From assembly GCA_052426225.1 (NCBI GenBank), contig JBNJNM010000011.1, positions 4,340,001 through 4,404,000 on the forward strand: 64,000 nt of DNA. The letters run 5' to 3'. The DNA comes from Zancudomyces culisetae HAW-14-8 (Eukaryota; Fungi; Kickxellomycota). Shown piece after piece: positions 33,840-46,024 of this stretch. Position 1 is the stretch's first letter, and the number at the start of each line of letters is the position of its first letter. The translations under genes and the position numbers were made by a program. The notes below the pieces were generated by a model that had not been told where the DNA came from, did no database searches, and saw only the letters and a program-made list of their open reading frames with translations.

Positions 33840-35300
33840 CTACCAGAACTCGTTAGTGGTAGGGGGTGGGTGTGGATTATTGGGACGATAAAGAACGTGT
33901 TCTACGAGGTATTTCGGGTGGTAGTCAAAAACCGAATCAAAATACGGTGGTGGATTTTTAAAGTTTGGATGTATGGCGTACTCGGGATGCGCAAATAGCA
34001 AAGGTGAGGGTGAAAATGCGTGATTGGAGGAATGGTACTGGTATTGATGATGAATGGGGGGAGTGTTACCTCCAGGGAAGCAGAAATTCTGAGAATGAAG
34101 AGGAAGAGGGGTTGGGGGTGTGGGTGTGGGTGTGGGTGTGGGTATTGGATCAGCAATGAATTTCGTGCAAGACTTTACTAGAGCTTGGAGCTCAGATAAT
34201 GTACAACGTTTAGAGGGATCGATCTCCAATACGCGACCAATGATATGAGCAAACATTGGGGTGGCATTTATAGCTTTATAGAGTGCTGTTTTATCATGCA
34301 AAAAGCGACAGAAGAGGGAATCGGAGATATGGGCGCGATTCCATGGGTTACGTCCAGTGGCGAGGTTTATGAGAATAACACCAAGTGCCCAAATATCATT
34401 AGTGGCGGTCGTATACGTAGATAGGCTTCCATCCAATCCGCCTTGACATTCAGGACTCATGTAGTATGCCGAACCACACCCGATTTCGTTACTCCATGGC
34501 TTGTCGGTCGATAACCCAAAGTCAATAATCTTAACGTTGAGTTTGTCATGCGTCAATAAAATATTTTCAGGTTTAAGGTCGCGATGATATACACCGTGGG
34601 CATGACAGTGTTCTACAGCACTGACAAGCTGTAAGAAAATGCGACGAATCAGGTCGTCGTTTCCAATTATCCGGAATTGCGATTTGAAACTGTTTGAGAT
34701 ATTTTCGTATAAATCACCACCACCATCTGAGCAATCCTCCATCACGATAAATATCTGTTCATTGGTATGCAACACACGTTCAAGACGAATCACATTGGGA
34801 TGGAATGGTATTTTTGTATACATTGAAATCTCTTGACTCAAGAGCCGTGCATCCATGTAGGTACCATCACCAATATCACGCCCCTGACCCTGTCCCTGCC
34901 ACTGCCCTTCCATTTGCTGTTGTGGCTGACTTGGACGTCTATATCTTTCCTCATTTCTTGCAATTACTTTTACAGCATAAGTAGCCTTAGTCACTATATT
35001 TACCGCTTTGTATACCTCGCCGTAGGTTCCAACCCCTACAAGCTTTACAAACTGAAGCGTCCCGTTGTCAATTGAATGGCCAACCATACCGCCTGCTTGG
35101 TTCTTTCTATACTTTTGCTTTTGTTTGTTCTTCTCTCTTTCTCTTTCTATCTCTCTATCTCTATCTCTTTCTCTTTCCATCTCTCTTTGCCTCTGAGTTT
35201 GTATCCGCATTTGCGCCTGTGCTTGCGCCTGCATCTGTAGCTGCATCTGTAGCTGCATTTCTTTTTGTAGCAGCGGTGCTTCGTTTACATATGCGTTCAT
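33840..35300 (-). CDS. Ran1/Pat1/Sks1-like Ser/Thr protein kinase
   Basis: GVGTYGEV, YAVK, HRDLKPEN, DFGL, CGSAYYMSPEC, DIWALGVILINL..GRNPW; Q-rich and RE-rich low-complexity N-terminus. Confidence 0.9.
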   Translation of the reverse strand: MNAYVNEAPLLQKEMQLQMQLQMQAQAQAQMRIQTQRQREMERERDRDREIEREREKNKQKQKYRKNQAGGMVGHSIDNGTLQFVKLVGVGTYGEVYKAVNIVTKATYAVKVIARNEERYRRPSQPQQQMEGQWQGQGQGRDIGDGTYMDARLLSQEISMYTKIPFHPNVIRLERVLHTNEQIFIVMEDCSDGGGDLYENISNSFKSQFRIIGNDDLIRRIFLQLVSAVEHCHAHGVYHRDLKPENILLTHDKLNVKIIDFGLSTDKPWSNEIGCGSAYYMSPECQGGLDGSLSTYTTATNDIWALGVILINLATGRNPWNRAHISDSLFCRFLHDKTALYKAINATPMFAHIIGRVLEIDPSKRCTLSELQALVKSCTKFIADPIPTPTPTPTPPTPLPLHSQNFCFPGGNTPPIHHQYQYHSSNHAFSPSPLLFAHPEYAIHPNFKNPPPYFDSVFDYHPKYLVEHVLYRPNNPHPPPTTNEFW

Positions 35301-36892
35301 TGTTACCTCCTGTGTTTATTCTTAACCATTAAAGGCTATTTATTTTGTATATCGTTCAAGTATTTCTTCAGAGTGAAGTTTTTACAACTATTTTACTTCC
35401 GTGCCCACTATTAGCAGTGTTCGTTCCACAGTATATTTACCAATAAGCAAAACTTTTTTTTTACTGTTGGGCTAGCCTATATTTTACTATGCTCTTATGT
35501 ATTATCAGTTTATTTATATTTTCTTTTTTCTTTCCGTTTTTCAACTTATACTATCTCCTCTGTGTGAGTTTAGCCGAGTATATTTATTAATATTTATTAT
35601 TTTCATCAGCACAGAGCCCCTTTGGCCTCTTGCTCACTTTCGCACTTGTGGCCTTTTATCTTTACCGCTTTTCCCTTAAGTTTCCTCTTCGGTTATTTTG
35701 CTTCAGTATATTTATTATCTGGTGAATTAAATTCTAGTACTAAAGCACTTTTGACAATGAAAAGCTGTCATGTATTCCAACAAAATAAGATAAACTTAAC
35801 GTTTTGTTTTTCACTTTATCCTGTTTTTATGCTTTAAACTAGGTGTTGTATTTTTTTTTTTTGGTGTATACATTCACATCAGCAGTTTTGTCAATTACGA
35901 TGAATTTTCTACAAAATATTTTGAAAACATACATCAGCCCCCTCAGCTGCTATATATGTGAGTATGTATACCTAGTTACAATGAATGTATTTGTATTTGT
36001 GTGTATACCTTTCCCTACAAATTGTTCAAAATTATTTTAAAACTGTAATTTTACTGGTAACACTAATGGCGGTACTGGTCTAAATTTTCAATATTTCTAA
36101 ATTTGGCTTATTTTTTCACTTTGAAAATACCTGTAATTTCTCCTTATTTCACCTTTTTCAATAATTTCGCATGGTAAATTACCATCATCTAATAATTACC
36201 AAATCTCATTTTACAAACAAAAAAAAACTCTCAAAATAAATACGTAAGCTGTGTGTCATCGTGTGGTTTTGGTTTACATTTTCCGTAATTTATTATATGT
36301 ATTTATTTATTTCCCAATATAAATTATCTGTTATACGTGTAAATGAATTTGTGTTTACTAGCGCTTTTCTTTAGTTCAAAATAGATAAACATAATAGATC
36401 CAGCGTGAACAATCTTCGTTTGTTTATTCCACCATTTGACTAACTTATTTATTTATTCATTAATATCTGTTTTTATCTAACATGTTTTTAACAAAGGATT
36501 CCTCCACCTTGTGGGCTCCAAACCCACATTTTATCCTCATTCCCACTTCCACCCCCATTCTCAATCCCATACCCATTCTCACCGACAACACCACCTTGCC
36601 TTTTACCTATAAATATATTTTTCGTACACTTTTCTATTTATTTTTCAAGGTGTAAACAGGCTTTTGTCTATACTCCTGAGCCTACTCCAACAACCTGAAC
36701 TATAAATGTAAATATCCTTCTCATTTGTAAAAAGTGGTTTTTTTGTTTTTGTCGAATTTGTATTCGATACGTCCATTTATTTGTTATTTGTGTGAATTTC
36801 ACCAGTATCCCACTTTTTTTATAAAAAAAAGAAAAAAAAACAATCAAATGGAAGGTGTCTGGTGCTCTTATTTTTTTTGCAAATGCCTCTTA

Positions 36893-37015
36893 CTTGAACC
36901 CAAACTCAAACTCAAACCCAAACCTAAACCTGAACCTAAACTTAAACCTAAACCTGAACATAAACTTAAACCTAAACCTAAACTTAAACCCAAGCTTAAA
37001 CCCAAGCTTAAACTA
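36893..37015. repeat. degenerate hexamer array (CCTAAA/CTTAAA/CCCAAA), ~20 units
   Basis: direct reading. Confidence 0.85.
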
Positions 37016-40000
37016 TAACACATTGTGATAAGTTGCTATTTATTATTGCAAATTAAAACAAAGTTATATTACTTTTTTTTTCATTTTTATGTAATACACA
37101 GCACAATAAAAATCTTGAAATTTGCCATAACTCGATTTACCAATGGTCAGACTTAGATACATTAACATTAATGACAACAATACCACCCATTTATGAACAG
37201 TTTAACGCTTGTTCCCTTCCTCCACCCTCTATCTTCTCGTCCAGCTTCAACCTCACTTCAAAACACCTTTGGTGGACAGCTTTGCCTTTTTTTTTTCTCC
37301 ACGGGTTTATTCTCCAACTAACACCAATTAGACCAACATTAGTAATAAAAATTCAAAGTGCGTATTTCCCAAATTGATCCAGTTTTCTTCACTATTGTCC
37401 ATAAAACCCATTTTCTATTTCCCCGCTTGTTTTTATTCTCTACCATACACCTCCTCAACATCTACGTTCCTAGCTTTCAAGATTTGTAAAACTATATGTG
37501 GGGTTTTTACTATAGTACTACTTTCCTAAAACGTTAGTGAATAACATAGTTCAGCTAAAACATTCACATACATATGTTGCCAGGAAAAAAGAAGTATGAC
37601 CTTTGGATTGAATAAAATAGATAACAAGTTATGAGGAATTTACATGCTGCTCATGCCAAGTGAAAAGAGAGGTACAAGTTCTCTGGAGTTTTCTGTTCGA
37701 TAGTGCGACTTGGCCGAACTAACAACCAGATAAATGGTGGAGTATACACAGTCTATCGCTAGTTATTCTCATTGATCTTTCAACATGCGGTTTGGCTTTG
37801 TGAAAATTAAACTTCATTCGCATTCCCACTATGAAAATACATGTCAGGTTTCAAAATTTAATTTCAATTTTGGCCCAAAGTGTCCATGTATTTTTGTTTT
37901 ATTTTTGAAATTTGCTGCATTTTTTAATATAGGACAAAGTGTCCATAAATATCATACATCAGGGAAAACGGCAAAAAAAAACATCAGAAAAAATCTCTGG
38001 ATGAATCACATTTAGGTGTAACAAGGCAGAGTCAAAGCGAGTATTCAATAATTTCCGGGATGAAGTGGTTCCAGCTATAATAATGAACTTGGAACACAAT
38101 CTTTTCATGGTTGTTGATAATTATTGCCAAATTTTGACCTGTTTGGTAATTAGTAAGATGCCATTATTTATATTTACATAAATATCGCATGTCATACTTG
38201 TCCAATTCCAGTCGTAACAATAAATACATTCATTGGTGTGAAGATGACATAAACATGAACCACCAATAGTTACAAAGGCATTACAGTTCACAATCTTTTC
38301 TATACAGGGGTAGAAAAAACAACAATTCTAGAAATATCATGAGAACTGGAGAGGGTCAAATAAGGCATTGGCCAGCTCACAACCTAAAACTCTTAGTCAT
38401 TTTAACATCCTTCCCTACCACACTCCAGACCAACATGTTAAAGCTTCATAGCCAAGTCAATAGTGAATCTCTTCTTTTATACTAGGTTTCATAATTAGAT
38501 GAACAGCAGTTTGGTTATGATTATAAAAGTTTGCCAATTCAATATCTAGTCCCCAATATTGATCAACCAAAACATCTTTACTTTCGCACGTACTAGACTG
38601 AAGTATATAAGATTGTAATATCACTAGTTATATCTTCTACACTCAGCTTGCATCACCAATATCTCTTCTTGTAGCGCTATGGATAGTGGTTCGCAAAGCT
38701 GAGGAAGCCATGCTTTTGAAGGGTAGATAACGCCATTGTGAGGTATTTGTAGCACAGCAGCTTTTTTTTGTGAATTCAAACAACACTTGACTTGATTTTT
38801 ACGGCTCGGTTATTCTGGAAATAGTCCCGCCCGAATGATACCCACTGACCTCATAAAAGTGCAAATGAAAGTGTCTCGTTTCTTGATACACTTTCTGCTT
38901 CTTTTTTTTTACATGTCTCTTGGGTATTGCTTACTGTTTGTAATATAGTCGGTAAGTGGTAATCAACATATAAAAAAATATATACACGCTGAAGGTAGGG
39001 AGGGGAAGTTATTTTCAAGAATTCTCACAAACTCTGTAATCTACTGAATTGGCTAGCTTGAGTTGAATAATGCAAAGTGTACTTTCGGGATTAAATACAT
39101 TCTAAACATCAGTATAAGCTTATGCTTAATTTAGATAGTGGTCTCTCTTGTTTTTAGACGGATATGGGGTTTGAAGCTGTAAATGCCATTCCCTTCTCCA
39201 CAGAGTTTCAATAGCATTCAGCGCATTTTTAAGATGTGAAAGTTTTTAGTATTGGTGTGGTGGGTAATAAAATCGTACATATGGTGTATCTTGTCTTAAT
39301 ACAATTAATTACCATTCTTTGAAATGATTTAAAAATTAAGAGTTGCTTGTAGTTGGGATCTACTGTAGTTTATTGACAGTGTATGATATCAACCGATGGT
39401 TCTATTATGAGTTTAATCTATTTCTTTTGAGAAAAGGAAACGGTTCAACTTGTAATGAGAAATCATACTGACTCTTTCTTTTCACATTAATCTTTTATTT
39501 CACGAGGCGCACGCATGTAGAAACCATCACACACACTTTTCCCATCCACTCATTTTCCCTAGCTACTAAATATTATCAAGGATGTGACGTTTTTCCCAGC
39601 ATTACTAGTGATAAAAAAATTAGGGTTGATGCTGATTCCCCAACTCATTCAAAGCTAATAGAAGCGAAAACAACAACTAAGGATCTGTTACATATCCCGT
39701 GCTTGATTTTGCTAGCTTCCAGAGAATGCTAAGTATCAGTGTATGTGTGCTCTGAGTGTAGTTGGGGAATTCGTCGTAAATCTTGATATGATTATTTCTG
39801 AAGTGTAAAAACCACAATGTGGTCTGAATCAGAAAAAGATTCCTGTTTTTGTACACAACCAAACCAAGGTTAGTTATACTTTTTGGGGTTTCTGATTTAT
39901 TTAGTAACCAAAAAAATAAATACATTTTAACAATTGTTAATGTGAAAAATATATTTAGTACAACCTCGACATTACACAAACACCAGACTCCCACAAACTT

Positions 40001-41774
40001 GGAAATATTTTTAATAAATTAATAACGCTGTAACTACGTTACATCATGTAGTGGTATATACAGCCCAATAAAAGTTCCCATCACGGTATTAAAATGCCGT
40101 TGTATGGTGTAGTTGCAATACAAACACACCAAACTATACACATACCATATTTATACACTCAAGCTTAAATGATGTAAACTTTGGTGCTGACTGATTTTTG
40201 TCATTCTTTTTTAGAAGCAAAGTTCTGTGAAAGTAACGACTTACCTAATATATTCTTTTAAATTGACAAAAATATACAAAAAGCTTCTATTTCGACATAA
40301 TAAATCTAATTAGGTAATAGTGGTTAAAAGGTCTAGTAGTTGATGTGTACAGAAAACAGCCATGATGGTAATAATAGCTACAGATACTAATGAGGGATGT
40401 ACTATTATGTCTATGCAATTTTAATAGCAGCGGAGGGAGGAGGAATGTAGGCGTGGGATGAGGGCGGGGGGGGGTGAGTAAAAAAACATGTCTATACTCA
40501 CACCTTCAAGTAACACCCAACTGTTTTAGAAAATCTGTATTTTATAATTTCTTGGTTGCATCCAGGCACCATTCCACTAATTTTATTTCCACCCCATCAA
40601 AATCATGTAAGAGGTTTATAGTTTTTAACAATCAGTATAATAGAGTAATAGATTCGTGGTATGGTTGTGTGGTTTTGAATGTTTGATCACATCTCTTTTT
40701 TTTAAAAAAAAGTTGACGTTATAACAAAAAAAAAAAGGCTTTAAGTTACCTTGTTTTGGTTGTATATTTTCTTTTCATGCTGTGGACAAGCACAGAGTCT
40801 ATAAATAACCCACTTGAAATGAAAAATTCTTTGTTATTAGTGTTGGGTTTGTTTTAATATCAGTTTTTTTTACTCCGAGAAATAACAATTTCTGCTACTC
40901 ATTGCATTTTGCAGTTCTTTAAATCGACATTTATCTGGAATTGATAATATATGTTATTACAGAATAACATGATATCAACACTGGCTATTACTCCTTTTTT
41001 AAACGGTTGGCAAAAACTCATTTCATAGAAGTTATGAATCCTGAGCTCAAAAACAAAACAATTTGAGCATTAAAAAATGATCTGTACTGCGGTAGATTAA
41101 ACACCAAGGTATGGCGAGTTGGTATATTTGACTCGCTGAGAACTATTTTTACAACTCAGAAATTACACGAACAACACTGTGCACATACTTACCATTTGGT
41201 CTGCTCGAAGATGTTTAAGGTAATGAGTAGAAAGAAATAAAGGCTTTTCTTGGGAGAAAAGAGGGGGGGAAAGTAATATCAGAAAAGGTCGTGTAGGTGT
41301 GTATATCACGCATGTACATTTAAATGAACTTGTGGGTTTTCTTTTGTACTTTTTGACTTTTAATTTTTACATTACATGAAAAAAGGGCGAAACAAACCAC
41401 TTTCTGTCAATAGACGGGAGATAAGGGCAGGTGATTGGATTATCTATGCTATTCTCTCTTTATGCAGGCCGTATTTACCGCATTGTTTTCAGTTTTCGGC
41501 AATTTCCACTTGGTTCGCCATATCTTTTTAGCAAATTTGTGGTCTTGGATTCATTCACATATTTGCAGGTATATTAAACATTCGAGTTTGGATTTATACA
41601 AATAAATAAAGAACTTGTATCATCCGCAAACTACACAAAACAAAAAGAGTATTGGATAAAAAAAGACAAAAAAAAATATACTTTTGCTTTCAACTTCAAC
41701 GGATTTCTTTCAGTTGTTCTAAAAAACTAAAAAAGCAACGGAAAAAGGTAAATAACGAAATAGCAAAAAAAAAT

Positions 41775-42671
41775 ATGGATGGTCCAGCAGGAGGAGGGTA
41801 TAAGTACCAGCAATTGCCACCAATTTACACAGAAACGGATCAGAGCGCGATTGAAAATCGAGATAGGACAAATTACGCACAGGGACAGAGTCATGTTGTA
41901 ATACCAGTTTTAGGGGGAAATAATGACAGCAACGGTTATGGGACACTTATAGGCAATGTGCAAGAAGGGGGTGGTATAGTTTATAAAAAATACGTAATAC
42001 AGACTGACATGGATATAAGAAAGGCGTTTATACGAAAAGTGTATACAATACTGATGGTCCAATTGGGCTTAACAAGTGTAATAGCAGGAACAATCATGTT
42101 AAATCGAACAATGCAACAGTGGGTGTTGGGTCATATTGTTGGTGTTCTGGTTACAAGTGTAATAGGAACTCTTGTAACGATGCTATGGCTTTGGTTCAAA
42201 TCAAAAAGTTATCCACAGAATATGATACTACTGGGATTGTTCACAATCTTTGAGGCGATGATGATAGGAACGCTACTAGCCGAGTATTCAAACAGTGGGA
42301 ACGGTATTTTGGTACTAAAAGCTTTACTGATCACGCTTGGTGTTGTTATTGGGCTCACTGTGTTTACAATGCAGAGTAAATATGATTTCAGTGGCTTGGG
42401 TCCTATACTGACCGTTGCCCTATTTGGGTTTACAGGCTTTATGCTGGTGAATATGTTTATTCCATTTTCAGCCGGAGGAGGAATGTTTGAGTACGGAATA
42501 ACAATATTTGGTGTTGGATTGTTTTCTTTGTACTTGGTTTATGATACGTATATGATTATGAACAAATTAGAAGTAGACGAATACATTCTGGGCAGCTTAA
42601 TGCTATACTTGGATATAATCAATATATTCCTTAATATACTAAGGCTAATAAGCGAAGCCCAGGACCACTAG
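41775..42671 (+). CDS. BXI1: Bax inhibitor-1 / TMBIM (lifeguard) family protein
   Basis: IRKAFIRKVY.IL..QL, YPQN..LL..FT..EA, Q.KYDF, YDT..I, EY......LYLDIINIF; first ATG at 41775 (track start is TTG). Confidence 0.9.
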   Translation: MDGPAGGGYKYQQLPPIYTETDQSAIENRDRTNYAQGQSHVVIPVLGGNNDSNGYGTLIGNVQEGGGIVYKKYVIQTDMDIRKAFIRKVYTILMVQLGLTSVIAGTIMLNRTMQQWVLGHIVGVLVTSVIGTLVTMLWLWFKSKSYPQNMILLGLFTIFEAMMIGTLLAEYSNSGNGILVLKALLITLGVVIGLTVFTMQSKYDFSGLGPILTVALFGFTGFMLVNMFIPFSAGGGMFEYGITIFGVGLFSLYLVYDTYMIMNKLEVDEYILGSLMLYLDIINIFLNILRLISEAQDH

Positions 42672-43271
42672 ACCTGAATATGGTTCCCTATGTCCTTTAG
42701 CCTAACTCTAAAATCAATTTAATTTTAATTCAACGGCAAGTATACCATCGCGTTCCTTCATCTGGTTTGTTTAAATATTGGTAGCTTTTTTCTAAACATT
42801 AAAACGTGTCACAATTTATTTTTACATAAAGAATACGATAAATGGAGAGAAAAAAGCATTCATAGTGCTGTGGAACTTGGTTAAATACCCACTCCTATTT
42901 TTTTTGTTTTAGCCACAAACTTTCCCTTAAACAGCAATTGGTTTTTATTATTTCTAAAGAGAAACACGTCGCTGAGGTTTAATGTTTTTTTTGAGAGCAA
43001 AATAGAGCAAGCTTTTTTTTTGGAGCCAGTATTTGTTTGAATTGGAGCTGAGAACAGAAATTGCATTAGCGTTTACAAGAATGAAAAGCCAACAGAAAAA
43101 GAAATTTTTTTCTTTTAAAAAAATGAAATTCTATAACTTGTAAAATAAAATTTTTTCTGGTTTATTCAAAACAAAAAGAAAAGAAAAAATCACTTAGTAA
43201 ATACGAACGAGAAAAGAAATTACAAAGGACAGATTGAAAGGAACAAAAAAAAAAGACAAAGATAAAGATAT

Positions 43272-44732
43272 ATGAGTTCTGCACAAAATCAAGCTAAACC
43301 TTCATTGCATGGAGTCAAGATTAAAACAAGAAAGGTAGGAATCCTTTGGTAATTTATTTCATAAGTGTGAACAAGCGCATTTTTTAAAAAAGGAATAGGG
43401 ATTGCTAAATAAGCAATAGTAATGTAAAATATCTGGACTTTTTTATAGAGAGTAATTAAATCGCAAACCAAGTTTGAGCCTGAAGGTAAGGACATTTGGT
43501 TTAGGTTATGCAAAAAGCAAGAGAGATTGAAACAAAAGGGTATGCTAAGATAAAAAAACGTTAAAATAACAATAGGATTTAGGGATCAGCTTTTAGAAGT
43601 ATTTGGAGAAAACAAAGAGCTTGATACAGAGGAGATAACAGCCAAGTTAGATGCAGCAGGAAAAACTATAGATTATCGGACATATGGGGAGGCGTTTTTT
43701 GAATTGTTGGTGAGCGGAGGACTAATCGCACCAGGGGGGATTCTTGAATATGATGAGGAGTATGGCGAGCTGTTCTTCAGCTTGTTTAGTGCAAGAAAAG
43801 GAGATAAGGATGCGTTGGAAATTGCACGAGAATGGGTGGGGCTAATTAGTCGGCTCACAAGACGATACAAATACCTGGAGCGGATATTTTCGGACACAGC
43901 CAAAGGAATCGTAGAGTATGTCAATCGGTATAGCGAGGAGAACAATAAGCGCTTAGCGGCGGGATTAGGGTTGTTAATGGCGCGAGGGCTGATTGGATTT
44001 GAGAGTATCAAAGTGTTACAGAAAGAGCACCTCAACAAAGATGGCTATGGACTAACGGTTCTTACGGGTATTATGCGAGCATACTTGGGCGAAAAGTCAA
44101 TTGAAAGCCTGTTTGTGGCTTTGGAAAAAATCAAAGCAGATTCTCTCTTGGATTTCTTCCCATTCAACAAACGCATGGATGAATACTTTGTGCGTCACTT
44201 CGAGGCTGAGGATATGCGGGCCGTTATTGATTATGTAGCCGCCCGCAAGGCTGAGTCTGCTCGCGATGCTGTTTACTCTGACCTATTTGAACGCCTACAA
44301 TCCGGTGCTTCTGCAGAAGACCTGGCAAAAGCTGCCCGTAGAGCCATGACTGCTCACTCTTTTACTCCCGCCCAAATGGCAACCTTGCTATGGGATGCCA
44401 TTCTGAGTTACCTACGCTCTTCTTCAGATCTTGTTGCCGAGCAACAGCAATTTATTGCCGAAGTTCGTAAGTACAGCGACTCGCTTCTAGTCTTTACAGA
44501 TTCCGCAAAGGCCGAAATGGCTCTTTTGCAACATCTCCAAAAATCTTTTTATGAGGACGCTTCTCTTATGAAATTCTTTGCATCTGTTGTTCGTGTGTTT
44601 TACGAAGAGGATGTTTTGTCTAACGATGCTATTTTGTTTTGGGCGAAAAAAGGCGCTCTTAGTCAGGGAAAGTCGACTTTTATGAAGCAAATGTCCAAAT
44701 TTATCGATTATTTAGAGCAGCAGTCTGAATAA
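43272..44732 (+). CDS. BZW: eIF5-mimic protein 5MP / BZW (W2 domain), 3 exons
   Basis: Spliced MSSAQNQAKPSLHGVKIKTRK|RVIKSQTKFEPE|GFRD...DYRTYGEAFFELLVSGGLIAPGG; RRYKYLE; W2 motif YEEDVLS.DAIL.W...GKS.F..QM..F. Confidence 0.92.
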
Positions 44733-44825
44733 TAATCCGTTCTTTTTATTATTTACTACCAACAAAACCTATTTAAAATAAAAATAAACTGTTTCCTAGC
44801 TTTAAAGTGCACTATTTGTTTTGCT

Positions 44826-45503
44826 TTAAAACGACAACAGAAAAGTTTCGGCTACTGTTCTTGCCCTAGCATTTATACTCAGCTTCATCTCGCTAATTTC
44901 CTTGTCAACTTCTTGCATAAACTCAATAATAAAATCTACAACCTTGTCCTTATCCAGCCGTTCTGTCTCAAGATGCTGGTTTGTAATCAAAAAGCTGATG
45001 TCGTATCCTTTTATCGCTGCCACCCGTCGTAAAATAACGAAGCTTTCGGCGCGCAGCATCAAAAATCTGGCGAATTTGTGACTTAGAATCTTTTCCATAT
45101 CATCAGCCTGCTTAATCCGGATGGATAACCGAACAGAATTTATAGACGTCTCAATCAGCACTTGTTCATTTTCATTGCGTGAAATGTGTAGTGGTGCAAG
45201 AATAACCTCTGGAGTTGTCCTTTTTGTATATATATTTTTAAATGCTTATTATACAATGTTGGAGTAATACAGATTCTTTGCAATTAAAACTTACCCAGCC
45301 TCGATTTCAGGATACTCGTGCTTCTCTACAATTTGTGAACCAAAACTTTGAATGTTTAGAGCAGCCGTTAAGCTAGATTTCACGGCATTTAGGTAGGGTT
45401 TTAGCGTGTTTGACTATTGATTCCATTATCCAATGTAATATTAGTTTTCGTTTGTATGCATTTTACTATTGCAATTAAAAGAGTATATTTTTCTACTTGC
45501 CAT
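44826..45503 (-). CDS. ARPC4: Arp2/3 complex subunit 4 (Arc19), 3 exons
   Basis: M|[28 protein letters not shown]|..[35 protein letters not shown]. Confidence 0.95.
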
Positions 45504-45980
45504 CTCTATCGTTCAACTTTTCCTCTTTGTTCTTGCTTCGTTAAACTTACAGACTTTGTACTTTGAATATTCTTCACGACCTTTAATCAATGACAGTCAG
45601 AAATATTGCCCTTTATTTTTTTTGCAACTTTTTCTTGAAAGCTAATACCTCTTAAAAATGCAAAGTTAAATAACGTCAAAATGCTAAATTCAATTAGAAT
45701 GCTCTCAATTTAGGCTTGTATTTCTTGTTGCACCATTCATAGGTTATCCAAAATGCTTTATTTTTTTTGTTGTTTTTTGGAAGCAGAAACAAATAAAAAC
45801 TGAAACATCTTGTTTATAAAGATGGTACTATTTTTTTTCCATACAAGCACGCACAACTGTTTACAAAGCCAGCTCTAACCGATTTACGTTGGTATGTTGT
45901 GGATAAAAGTGAAAGTTTGCAGACCTGTAAGTAAGGACAAATATCGTAATACCAATACTTTCTTTAGAATGGTACCCCGA

Positions 45981-45981
<1 letters not shown>

Positions 45982-46011
<30 letters not shown>

Positions 46012-46024
46012 AACACAAACACAT
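45982..46024. repeat. (CA)n microsatellite
   Basis: direct reading. Confidence 0.8.

Noticed and set aside
36734-37018. 94-aa ORF with KPKL repeats
   Set aside because: GTG start, and the open frame is explained by the hexamer repeat
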